Shown: positions 29,600-37,028, counted from the first letter of the stretch. The stretch is DNA of 58,126 nt from a virus (IMGVR_UViG_3300001847_000530:1-58126), one strand, 5' to 3'. Made by a program: numbers and translations. The notes: generated by a model not told the origin, from the sequence alone.

Positions 29600-29787
29600 A
29601 GCCATTCAAAGGTAATTGGTCCAAGCACGGCCAGTCTGACAAAGAAGCAGATGCTTTTGAGCGCAATGCTCGAAAGAACAAGAAACGTGGTCGCCCTCAG
29701 GAAGAAGATCCGTATAAGGACCATCATCGAATCCGACCTGAAGACTTTGATCTAGATGATGACGAAATTCCGACACAATCCGATTGA
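29596..29787 (+). CDS. Small charged protein
   Basis: Coupled ORF. Confidence 0.5.
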   Translation: MKPFKGNWSKHGQSDKEADAFERNARKNKKRGRPQEEDPYKDHHRIRPEDFDLDDDEIPTQSD

Positions 29788-30442
29788 TCTGGGCTACGAT
29801 ACTCTGCTCTGCGAGAACCAGAGCACTGGTCGTACCTATGTCACTCCACAGGGCAATCGTTATCCATCGATTACCTCTGTGCTGGGTATTCTGTCAAAGG
29901 ATCATATTCGCGCATGGCGGCACCGAGTGGGCGAGGAAGAAGCAAATCGAGTCTCGCGTGTAGCTGCTGGACGCGGCACCTCGGTACATTCGCTTGTAGA
30001 AGACTATCTAGACAACAAAGAACTTGATCTAGAAAAAGCAATGCCGAACGCATCTGCTGCATTCCGCGCGATTCAGCCGATACTCGATGAGCGTCTGAAT
30101 GATATCTGCATTCAGGAGGCACCACTTTACTCAGATCATCTTAAAGTGGCTGGACGCTGCGACATTGTAGCTAAGTTCGATGGCGTGCTTTCTGTGGTCG
30201 ACATCAAGACCTCGAGCAGAGTAAAGACAGCAGAAGACATTCCCAATTACTTTATGCAGGAAGCTGCTTATGCCATTATGTTCGAGGAGCGTACTGGCAT
30301 TCCGATTACTAACGTGGTGACAATCATGGCAGTCGATTTTGCTCCCGCAATTGTCTTCAAAGAACACCGAGACAATTGGACTAAAAGTTTGCTAGAAACA
30401 ATCGCAGAACACCGTCGTCAAAAACTGTTTGGACTTTCTTGA
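29756..30442 (+). CDS. PD-(D/E)XK (RecB/Cas4-like) exonuclease
   Basis: YPSITSVL, RGT.VH, AGRCD, DIKT, Q.AAY. Confidence 0.85.
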   Translation: MMTKFRHNPIDLGYDTLLCENQSTGRTYVTPQGNRYPSITSVLGILSKDHIRAWRHRVGEEEANRVSRVAAGRGTSVHSLVEDYLDNKELDLEKAMPNASAAFRAIQPILDERLNDICIQEAPLYSDHLKVAGRCDIVAKFDGVLSVVDIKTSSRVKTAEDIPNYFMQEAAYAIMFEERTGIPITNVVTIMAVDFAPAIVFKEHRDNWTKSLLETIAEHRRQKLFGLS

Positions 30443-30454
30443 TACATATACTTA

Positions 30455-31075
30455 ATGAATACCACTAAAATTATGGCTAATCCACTGGTTGAAATGTTGA
30501 GCGGAGAAAAGAAACCTCAGAACGCCTTTACCGAAAAGTCCCTTGCTCATCTACACGAGTACTATCTCGTGGGCCATGTCGAGGAGCCCAGCAAGTATAC
30601 CGAGTGGTTCAATCAGATTCGCCATGCCACGCCGAACGATCTGATCAAGATCTACATCAATTCGTACGGCGGCGACCTGTGGACAGCTATTCAGTTCATT
30701 CGCGTGATTCGCGAGACTAAAGCACCGGTTGTAGTTTCTGTCGAGGGTGCGTGTATGAGTGCAGCAACGATCATCTTTCTGATGGCTGACAGCCATGAAA
30801 TCTCGCCACACTCCATGTTTATGTTCCACAATTATTCTGGCGGAACAATTGGTAAAGGTGGCGAGATGATCGATCAGATCAAGCACGAGCGCAAATGGTC
30901 GCAAAAGCTGCTGATGGAAATCTATGAGAATTTTCTAACAGCTGACGAGATTCAGGCAATCCTAAATAACAGGGACATCTGGATGACAGCAGAAGAAGTC
31001 GTTGCACGATTGAACAAGAAGGCGAAGTCACTGAAGAAAACGGTCAAAGCTAAGAGCAAAAAGACAGAAGAATAA
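30455..31075 (+). CDS. clpP: ClpP-family protease
   Basis: INSYGG, CMSAAT (Ser), FMFH (His), RDIWMTAEE (Asp). Confidence 0.85.
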   Translation: MNTTKIMANPLVEMLSGEKKPQNAFTEKSLAHLHEYYLVGHVEEPSKYTEWFNQIRHATPNDLIKIYINSYGGDLWTAIQFIRVIRETKAPVVVSVEGACMSAATIIFLMADSHEISPHSMFMFHNYSGGTIGKGGEMIDQIKHERKWSQKLLMEIYENFLTADEIQAILNNRDIWMTAEEVVARLNKKAKSLKKTVKAKSKKTEE

Positions 31076-31088
31076 GACGCCCGTTGGC

Positions 31089-31156
31089 TATCAACGGGTT
31101 ATGTAAATTCTAGTAGTTTACATTTCATGGAGATTATGTAGTATGTCTCCATGATG
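31089..31156 (+). promoter_or_regulatory. Early-promoter cassette
   Basis: TATCAACGGGTTA..TTTACA..TAGTAT-6 nt-ATGATG. Confidence 0.7.
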
Positions 31157-31282
31157 AAGAAAGTTAAAATCAAGATTCGCTCCGTGTTTACTTCAGGCGT
31201 CAACCTCGGCGGTGCAGTTCACCGTACTCGTAAGGGTAAAGGCTCGTACTCACGCAAGAATCGCTACGGGCGTGATTGGTAA
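31151..31282 (+). CDS. ArfA-like ribosome-rescue peptide, 43 aa (not in ORF track)
   Basis: MMKKVKIKIRSVFTSGVNLGGAVHRTRKGKGSYSRKNRYGRDW contains the ArfA hallmark KGKGSYxRK. Confidence 0.65.
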   Translation: MMKKVKIKIRSVFTSGVNLGGAVHRTRKGKGSYSRKNRYGRDW

Positions 31283-31348
31283 TCAACGGGTTACGCAATT
31301 TTCTTTCCTATCATTTTCTCTACTGCCTGTTAAGATTTCTATATGATG
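31281..31348 (+). promoter_or_regulatory. Early-promoter cassette
   Basis: AATCAACGGGTTA..CCTATCA..TAAGAT-6 nt-ATGATG. Confidence 0.7.
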
Positions 31349-31660
31349 AAACGTGGTTCTACCTCCTATATCTTCACCGCTGATCCGCTCTGCTGCGATT
31401 CCATGCAACAGATCAACCTCGTCAAGAGCACGCTGAAGAAGATCAATGCTCTTGCCGTTCCTAGCCACACGCGCAGCGGCGCCTATGGCAAGAAATACTG
31501 GCGCATCAAGCTGCATGGCCGCCTCGGCAAGAACAATCCTGCCGCTGCTAAGTATCGCGGCCGTAGTTGGCGGACTATTGCTTTGGCCGATGCTCAGCGC
31601 ATCGATGTCTACATCTATCCTGAGTTCCGTGTTCTCAAGACGCCCACGCCTAACTTCTAA
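31343..31660 (+). CDS. Hypothetical early protein
   Basis: GRLGKNNP...A.RIDVYIY. Confidence 0.65.
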   Translation: MMKRGSTSYIFTADPLCCDSMQQINLVKSTLKKINALAVPSHTRSGAYGKKYWRIKLHGRLGKNNPAAAKYRGRSWRTIALADAQRIDVYIYPEFRVLKTPTPNF

Positions 31661-31667
31661 TCAATTT

Positions 31668-31883
31668 ATGACTACTCCTTCTCAACAAGAAACGTTCGAT
31701 GAGATTGTCCGCTTTGCTGACTATCAAACTAAGTATAATCTTATGGTCGCGCAAATTGCTCAGGACATCAAAGAGTTTGCAGCTGAGCATCACGATGCAG
31801 ACTTTCAGCCTGACCCCGAGGATCTGGTGAATACCTACATGGAAGGTCTGGCAGCGGATGTCCTTGCCAAGTTGTCCGAATAA
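31668..31883 (+). CDS. Hypothetical acidic protein
   Basis: ORF. Confidence 0.55.
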   Translation: MTTPSQQETFDEIVRFADYQTKYNLMVAQIAQDIKEFAAEHHDADFQPDPEDLVNTYMEGLAADVLAKLSE

Positions 31884-31898
31884 GTGCAGAATTCTGTT

Positions 31899-32126
31899 AT
31901 GTATACCGAATCTGAAGCTACTCGTAGGCTGATTGCAGCTGGCATTCTGCCTAATCCCAACTTTGTGCCGCGTGAGACTACAGTCAATCGTTTCGGCGTG
32001 ATGATCTGGGACCACAAGACTGCAGGTCACTGTCAGGTTCTGAATGGTGACAGCTGGCGTACTGCGCGTAAGTATAACGTGCCGCGCCGTGGTTTCGCAT
32101 CTGTCGTCAAGTCCATCGTGGGCTGA
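31899..32126 (+). CDS. Hypothetical protein
   Basis: ORF. Confidence 0.5.
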   Translation: MYTESEATRRLIAAGILPNPNFVPRETTVNRFGVMIWDHKTAGHCQVLNGDSWRTARKYNVPRRGFASVVKSIVG

Positions 32127-32127
32127 G

Positions 32128-32781
32128 ATGATTCCGGTAGATCCGCATCATCGCACGACTCTCGTACTAAACAAGAACTACCAATCGCTAGGCAAGTTCT
32201 TTACTGCGAGAGCAGCTATTCGTCACATGATGAATGGCCGAGTCAAAGGTCTGGACGCATCTGGCAATTGTGTCTCATGGACTGGCGCAGATGTCGAGAA
32301 CATCAACGGTGAAGCTAGTTCTCTAAGTTGGGCTGATGTGACGGTGGATCTTTATCCCGATCAGCCTTGCTTACGCTCTGCGCCCAATACGCTGACTGGT
32401 CAGGAAACACAGTGGCCAGTACCCACGTTGGTAGTCTGCACGCATCACTTTGGCTATCACGGCGCAGGCAGTCGCAGTCTTTCGCTGCGTTCAATCTACA
32501 GCATCTGCAAGGGCGTGTGCCAATACTGCCTGCAGAAGATCCCGTTTTCCGAAGCAACCAAGGATCACATTTATCCAAAGTCGCTGGGCGGAACGAATGA
32601 TGACTTCAACGTCATTATGGCGTGCCGCTCGTGTAATGCTGCTAAGAACAATCTTTACCCGTATCTGAACGCAGATGGTCATCAGGTGAAACCGATTTCG
32701 CGGATGCGCGTGGGCACAGGGTTTGTGCCTGACAATTTGACGACCCGTGAGGAGTGGAAACCCTTTCTTTTTCTGCAATAA
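32128..32781 (+). CDS. HNH endonuclease (McrA-like)
   Basis: CQYC..T.DHI.PKS.GG...N...AC..CN..K. Confidence 0.85.
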   Translation: MIPVDPHHRTTLVLNKNYQSLGKFFTARAAIRHMMNGRVKGLDASGNCVSWTGADVENINGEASSLSWADVTVDLYPDQPCLRSAPNTLTGQETQWPVPTLVVCTHHFGYHGAGSRSLSLRSIYSICKGVCQYCLQKIPFSEATKDHIYPKSLGGTNDDFNVIMACRSCNAAKNNLYPYLNADGHQVKPISRMRVGTGFVPDNLTTREEWKPFLFLQ

Positions 32782-32801
32782 TGCCTTTACTTTTGGCATA
32801 C

Positions 32802-32809
32802 TATAAATA
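32802..32809 (+). promoter_or_regulatory. T4-type late promoter
   Basis: TATAAATA. Confidence 0.65.
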
Positions 32810-32819
32810 GAATCTCTTT

Positions 32820-32976
32820 TCAATTCGACCGCCAGACTTCGGCTACAAGGAGTCCAAACGACCGACACAGGGGGTCCAATCCGCGCAACAGTGCGAGAGG
32901 GGCCGAGAGCAATTTGTTCTTTTTAGAATTGAGCGGCCCCGGACGCTCGCGATCAAATAATCCGCCGGGTTTTTTT
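32820..32976 (+). ncRNA. Candidate structured RNA or leader
   Basis: GC-rich, with nested GCGAG/CTCGC and GGGGCCG/CGGCCCC stems; between late promoter and U-tract. Confidence 0.4.
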
Positions 32977-33324
32977 ATGAAAACTAAACTTAAACAATCA
33001 ATCATCTATACTTCAGTATTTGCACTCGGAATGCTTTCCGCAGCATTGATCAGTAATGTCTCTGCTCAAAAGGAATCGGATAATTTCATTGACGATGAGG
33101 AATCGGATAATGTCATTGACGATGAAATCACTAAAAATACTTTAGATAAAAATAGCGCAGAAAGTCTTCTGTCGATTATTCAGACAGAAGGAATGCACGA
33201 TGCATTCACGCACTATTCTACCTATCGAGATATTGGTGATCAGAACTTTCACAAGCTTCGCTTGCGCTATGTCGCTGCATCTGATGATCTAATGCAGTAC
33301 ATTGCTGAAGCAGAAAACAAGTAA
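32977..33324 (+). CDS. Exported or membrane-anchored hypothetical protein
   Basis: Signal-like N-terminus; 27-nt tandem repeat at 33071-33124. Confidence 0.55.
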   Translation: MKTKLKQSIIYTSVFALGMLSAALISNVSAQKESDNFIDDEESDNVIDDEITKNTLDKNSAESLLSIIQTEGMHDAFTHYSTYRDIGDQNFHKLRLRYVAASDDLMQYIAEAENK

Positions 33325-33329
33325 AATTT

Positions 33330-33414
33330 GCCGTAGTGGCTCAGCGGCAACAGCACTGGTTTTGTAAACCAGCGGGGTAACCCTACATCGGTTCGAGTCC
33401 GATCTACGGCTCCA
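33330..33414 (+). tRNA. tRNA-Thr(UGU) with long variable arm
   Basis: GCCGTAG/CTACGGC acceptor, CTGGT-TTTGTAA-ACCAG anticodon arm, TTCGA, CCA. Confidence 0.8.
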
Positions 33415-33419
33415 CTTAA

Positions 33420-33508
33420 GGAAGGGTGGCAGAGCGGTTTAACGTGCTTGTCTTGAAAACAAGAGTGGCTAATCCCCACCGTGAGTTCGAATCTCACCCC
33501 TTCCGCCA
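33420..33508 (+). tRNA. tRNA-Ser(UGA)
   Basis: CTTGT-CTTGAAA-ACAAG, long V-arm, G73, CCA. Confidence 0.92.
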
Positions 33509-33573
33509 TTTACTAACCTAATCATTGGCTCCAATGTGCGTTTGGGCACTGAAATGCCAGTGGAAATTTTTTA

Positions 33574-33649
33574 GGGCCATTAGCTCATTTGGCAGAGCGC
33601 CTGATTTGCATTCAGGAGGTGAACGGTTCGACCCCGTTATGGTCCACCA
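33574..33649 (+). tRNA. tRNA-Ala(UGC)
   Basis: G3:U70, CCTGA-TTTGCAT-TCAGG, CCA. Confidence 0.92.
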
Positions 33650-33653
33650 ATTT

Positions 33654-33728
33654 GCACGGGAAGTCAAACGGTCAGACACCAGTTTGCAAAACTGCTATTA
33701 GCGAGTTCAACTCTCGCACCGTGCTCCA
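33654..33728 (+). tRNA. tRNA-Cys(GCA)
   Basis: CAGT-TTGCAAA-ACTG, U73, CCA; one acceptor mismatch. Confidence 0.8.
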
Positions 33729-33733
33729 TTTTC

Positions 33734-33809
33734 GCGGTAGTAGCTCAATTGGCAGAGCGCCATCCTTCCAAGCTGGATGTTGCAGGTTCGAGCCCTGTCT
33801 GCCGCACCA
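33734..33809 (+). tRNA. tRNA-Gly(UCC)
   Basis: CTTCCAA loop, TTCGA, CCA. Confidence 0.9.
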
Positions 33810-33815
33810 ACTTTC

Positions 33816-33971
33816 TGGTCGAAAGACTGGAAATGGTGGAGGGTGTGAATCCTTCACTCCCCTAGAGAGAAACAGTCAATCTCTTTAAATCGACTGCCGA
33901 ACCGAAGCGCGTGCCTTCGGTGTATGTCACGGGCGCAGACGAACAGTGAGGCTTGCATATCCTCGGCGCCA
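33816..33971 (+). ncRNA. Unclassified structured RNA ending in GCCA
   Basis: GGTCGA/TCGACT, GACTG/CAGTC, CCGAAG/CTTCGG and GAGG/CCTC stems. Confidence 0.5.
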
Positions 33972-34016
33972 CTAATTTTGAACCTGAAAAAGTTGTAGCG
34001 CATAAATACTTGTACT

Positions 34017-34526
34017 ATGTCATTTTCTAACGAACAGGTTTTTTGCGTCAATAGCACCTATGCGCGTCATCTCATTAAGAAGCGCTTAATAGTTCAGAAG
34101 CTAATTCCATACGAGTGTTGCGAATGTAAGAATAGCGGTGAATGGAATACTAAGCCATTAGTTCTTCAGTTAGATCATAGCAATGGAATTAACAACGATA
34201 ATCGTTTAGAAAATCTTAGATTTATTTGCCCAAACTGCCATTCTCAGACTGAAACGTATGCTGGAAAAAATAGCGCTGGTGTTAGACATCGCAAGATAAA
34301 ACCTAATTTTAGAGCAGAAAAAAGAAAAAGAGATAAAGATTTACTAGAAAAGATAAAAGCAGATCCATCGATTAGATTTGGCGAATGGGGATGGAAAACA
34401 CGATTTGCTGAAAAGCTTAGCATTTCGCCCCAGAAAGTCGAAAAATGGATTGCTAGAGTAGATCACGATTTTTACATCACGGTAGCTCAATTTGGTAGAG
34501 CTGCGGCCTCCAAATCCGCAGGTTAA
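34017..34526 (+). CDS. HNH homing-type endonuclease inserted in tRNA array
   Basis: C..C, LQLDH.NG...DNRLENLRFICPNCH; AT-rich; stop lies inside tRNA-Trp. Confidence 0.85.
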   Translation: MSFSNEQVFCVNSTYARHLIKKRLIVQKLIPYECCECKNSGEWNTKPLVLQLDHSNGINNDNRLENLRFICPNCHSQTETYAGKNSAGVRHRKIKPNFRAEKRKRDKDLLEKIKADPSIRFGEWGWKTRFAEKLSISPQKVEKWIARVDHDFYITVAQFGRAAASKSAG

Positions 34527-34552
34527 AGGTTCAAGTCCTTTCCGTGATGCCA
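34476..34552 (+). tRNA. tRNA-Trp(CCA)
   Basis: ATCACGG/CCGTGAT, CTCCAAA loop, G73, CCA. Confidence 0.88.
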
Positions 34553-34560
34553 CTTTATGT

Positions 34561-34687
34561 AGGGATGCTGGTACCAGAAGGCGAGATGCTGCGCGCGCGA
34601 GGCAGTCAAAGCCGATGGTTTGAAGTTGTGCCTAGTGAGTGGCGTACCACTCTAGAGTTGCAGGTTAGAGTCCTGCCGTCCCTGCCA
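34561..34687 (+). ncRNA. 127-nt tRNA mimic with acceptor and T arms but no canonical D or anticodon arm
   Basis: AGGGATG/CGTCCCT-GCCA; GCAGG-TTAGAGT-CCTGC; two long internal hairpins. Confidence 0.65.
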
Positions 34688-34692
34688 AATTT

Positions 34693-34767
34693 GCCGCCAT
34701 CGTCTAACGGTTAGGACAAATCCCTTTCACGGATGCAATCGGGGTTCAATTCCCCGTGGTGGTACCA
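34693..34767 (+). tRNA. tRNA-Glu(UUC)
   Basis: CTTTCAC loop, CCA. Confidence 0.88.
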
Positions 34768-34785
34768 CTATACATATTTTGTCAA

Positions 34786-34863
34786 CGGCGCGTAGCACAG
34801 TCTGGCTAGTGCGCTACATTTGGGATGTAGAAGTCGCAGGTTCAAATCCTGCCGCGCCGACCA
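34786..34863 (+). tRNA. tRNA-Pro(UGG)
   Basis: C1:G72, CTACA-TTTGGGA-TGTAG, CCA. Confidence 0.92.
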
Positions 34864-34864
34864 T

Positions 34865-34939
34865 TGACTCATGGTGTAATGGTCAGCACAGCTGACTTTG
34901 ACTCAGCTAGTTGGGGTTCGAGTCCCTGTGAGTCAGCCA
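34865..34939 (+). tRNA. tRNA-Gln(UUG)
   Basis: U1:A72, GCTGA-CTTTGAC-TCAGC, CCA. Confidence 0.92.
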
Positions 34940-34942
34940 CCC

Positions 34943-35019
34943 GTCCTCGTAGCTCAACCGGATAGAGCACCGGTTTTCTAAACCGGTGGTTGTGGGTTCG
35001 ATCCCCGCCGAGGGCGCCA
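34943..35019 (+). tRNA. tRNA-Arg(UCU)
   Basis: CCGGT-TTTCTAA-ACCGG, CCA. Confidence 0.92.
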
Positions 35020-35028
35020 TTATACTTT

Positions 35029-35229
35029 ATGAAAAAGTTACTTATATTGTCAGCGATTGTATTGCTTTTAGGCGGATGTATTTCTATCTGCGAAGATCAT
35101 CCTGCAGTTAGAATATACCGTTCTTATCAGCCGCAGTATATTCATCACGAAGTTGTTCCGATCCGCACTCCTCAGTACATCGGATATCGTGATCGGTTTG
35201 GTACGCTACATCTGTGGCCGGCACAGTAA
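35029..35229 (+). CDS. Small lipoprotein
   Basis: LGGC lipobox. Confidence 0.6.
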   Translation: MKKLLILSAIVLLLGGCISICEDHPAVRIYRSYQPQYIHHEVVPIRTPQYIGYRDRFGTLHLWPAQ

Positions 35230-35231
35230 TC

Positions 35232-35312
35232 GCCCTAGTGTTGAAATGGCAGACAAGACAGTCTTAGAAGCTGTTGCCTCATGGCGTGCAGGTTCAAGTC
35301 CTGCCTAGGGCA
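35232..35312 (+). tRNA. tRNA-Leu(UAG), no encoded CCA
   Basis: GCCCTAG/CTAGGGC, CTTAGAA loop, V-arm. Confidence 0.88.
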
Positions 35313-35313
35313 C

Positions 35314-35745
35314 TTATTTTTTTGCTCGGAAGATTTCTATTACTTCTCCGATGATGTTCTGTTGAGTAACATACTCGATGTCTGCAGCAAGATTGTTGTC
35401 TCCTTTTGCCACATAACCTTCTTTATATTTCCGCACCAATCGATGCGTCACTGCTACTGCTACGTTATTGCTTTTATATGCTACAATTTTTCCTAGAAGA
35501 TCATTCTCAGAGAATGTTTTAGGCATAACGATCAAGTAATCGTCAGTTTTGATAATGGGTAACATAGATCCATAACCAATACAATGAAACACTAATCCTT
35601 TTACTTTAAATGATTCTGTGCAAGCCAGTAGTTCAATCTGTGCTGGATTGCAATATACTATTGGCGGATTTATTGGTCGATAATTGCTGACGCAGCTGCT
35701 TAATGGAAAAATTATTAACAGCAAAAGCAGCATTAATCTTTTCAT
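35314..35745 (-). CDS. S26 signal-peptidase-like lipoprotein (Ser-His type)
   Basis: LSSC lipobox; GSMLP, VTHRLV, KGDNN..D. Confidence 0.8.
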   Translation of the reverse strand: MKRLMLLLLLIIFPLSSCVSNYRPINPPIVYCNPAQIELLACTESFKVKGLVFHCIGYGSMLPIIKTDDYLIVMPKTFSENDLLGKIVAYKSNNVAVAVTHRLVRKYKEGYVAKGDNNLAADIEYVTQQNIIGEVIEIFRAKK

Positions 35746-35764
35746 TTATCTAGCTATTTATTTT

Positions 35765-36136
35765 GGGCGCGTTCTGGATTCTACTTAAATGTGGCCTTCT
35801 GGGAAGCAAGCATGGATACTACGATCCATTCAACATCGTGGAAAAACACAAACGGCATTTCTAATATGCTCAAGAGCCTCTTCGCTGTCAATCAGCAGGA
35901 AGCTCAACTCGCAGCCTAAGCAGCTGTGAATGAAGTCGACGCGATACTCGCTGATGTCGACTTCATCATCTAGCGAGTCTGCTTGTTCGGTTGGTGACGT
36001 TGCGAACAAGCAGTACTCAATGTCACGTACTTCATCGTTCTGCGCAGAGTTCGATGTCGCATTACCTGCGATAAGCTTGTAGAAACTTAGCGGAAAATAC
36101 TTAAGCACAGGGGTTCGACTCCCCTCGCGTCCACCA
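35765..36136 (+). ncRNA. ssrA: tmRNA; tag ORF 35854-35919 GISNMLKSLFAVNQQEAQLAA
   Basis: GGGCGCG/CGCGTCC-ACCA with G3:U70, GGATTC, T-arm GGTTCGACTCC, tag ending LAA. Confidence 0.92.
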
Positions 36137-36215
36137 ATTTCTTCTCGGTGACAGTATCCGAGAGAACAACCGAAGCCCTCACACGGCAGAAGTTCCTAAC
36201 AAGAAAGACAACACA

Positions 36216-36404
36216 ATGTACGCATCCATCACGGTTGCATACCTTGCGATTGCCGGTCTGTTGAAACTCGCACACGAGGACTACAGCAAACTGGCCAAGC
36301 GCTCGCCAGAGCGTGGAAGCAGTAAGGTAAAGCGTGTTATGTCCAAAGTTGGATCCGAGGCTAAGAAAGCTTGGATCTCAATGGGGCAATACCCGCTTCA
36401 GTAA
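36216..36404 (+). CDS. Small hypothetical protein
   Basis: Hydrophobic N-terminus; followed by terminator-like hairpin. Confidence 0.45.
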   Translation: MYASITVAYLAIAGLLKLAHEDYSKLAKRSPERGSSKVKRVMSKVGSEAKKAWISMGQYPLQ

Positions 36405-36412
36405 GCAAACAC

Positions 36413-36450
36413 AACTCTGCCATGCTTGTGGTGGCAGAGTTCCTTTTGTT
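36413..36450 (+). terminator. Rho-independent terminator
   Basis: AACTCTGCCA/TGGCAGAGTT stem then CCTTTT. Confidence 0.6.
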
Positions 36451-36519
36451 CTAAATTTTTCCATTTTCCTGTTTACACGGACCCGCCGCCGTGTATTGTT
36501 CTATATGTTCTTTTGATAA

Positions 36520-36775
36520 CAACATTTTTGTGACGGAATAAACCATTCTAATGGGGTTAACGTATGCACCACGTGAAGAACGTGGTGCAGTTTCCGAATC
36601 GATTAGTAAGTAAGGTACTATGCTGAGGCTTAGGTTGGCCAACCGAAGCTACCAGAGGTATGGCTCGTAAGCTTGAATATAGAATGACAAGCGAGTCATT
36701 ACGGTGCGGCGGCATCAATTGTCTGAATAACAGAAACTCGAAGCTGGAATGGAGGTAATCATTAATCCTCCCAAT
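36520..36775 (+). ncRNA. Candidate structured RNA A
   Basis: After TTTACA/TATTGT promoter and boxA-like TGTTCTTT; TGCACCACGT/ACGTGGTGCA stem; terminal GGAGG/CCTCC-CA. Confidence 0.45.
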
Positions 36776-36788
36776 TTATTTTCATCAT

Positions 36789-36855
36789 ACTCGACTAGGC
36801 GAGTCTAAACAGAAGTATAGGCCTAGTGCGGCGGTACAGAAATGTGCCGCGACTT
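36789..36855 (+). ncRNA. Pistol-ribozyme-like RNA
   Basis: P1 ACTCG/CGAGT; loop ACTAGG pairs with CCTAGT; TAAACAG; P2 AAGT/ACTT; GCG; P3 with GAAA loop. Confidence 0.75.
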
Positions 36856-37006
36856 GCCACGCCTTGGTTCCGCTGTGCACCGGATTAAATTCTGATTAAA
36901 ATCCAGTTACCAAGAAAAATAAGTACGAGACAAAGGCTGCGGTTTCAATAGCAGAAACGCCGCATATAAATCTCGTTGCTCAAGCTATGAGTTAGCGTGG
37001 CACCCA
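36855..37006 (+). ncRNA. Candidate structured RNA B
   Basis: TGCCACGC/GCGTGGCA closing stem; CTTGG/CCAAG, ACGAGA/TCTCGT and TGCGG/CCGCA arms. Confidence 0.55.
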
Positions 37007-37028
37007 ATTTTGTTCTTTACATTAGAAT

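Noticed and set aside
29756-30442. Cas4 as evidence of a CRISPR system
   Set aside because: No Fe-S cysteine cluster or array; this is the ordinary T4-like exonuclease beside phoH
33330-33414. tRNA-Tyr(GUA) call
   Set aside because: The GUA-centred register breaks the anticodon stem; only the UGU register gives 5 bp
33510-33570. Small ribozyme between tRNA-Ser and tRNA-Ala
   Set aside because: A CATTGGC/GCCAGTG stem is present, but I could not place hammerhead, twister or HDV core residues
33267-36642. ORF-track entries overlapping tRNAs and tmRNA (e.g. 33267-33509, 33589-33888, 34344-34553, 35830-36108)
   Set aside because: Shadow ORFs of structured RNA genes
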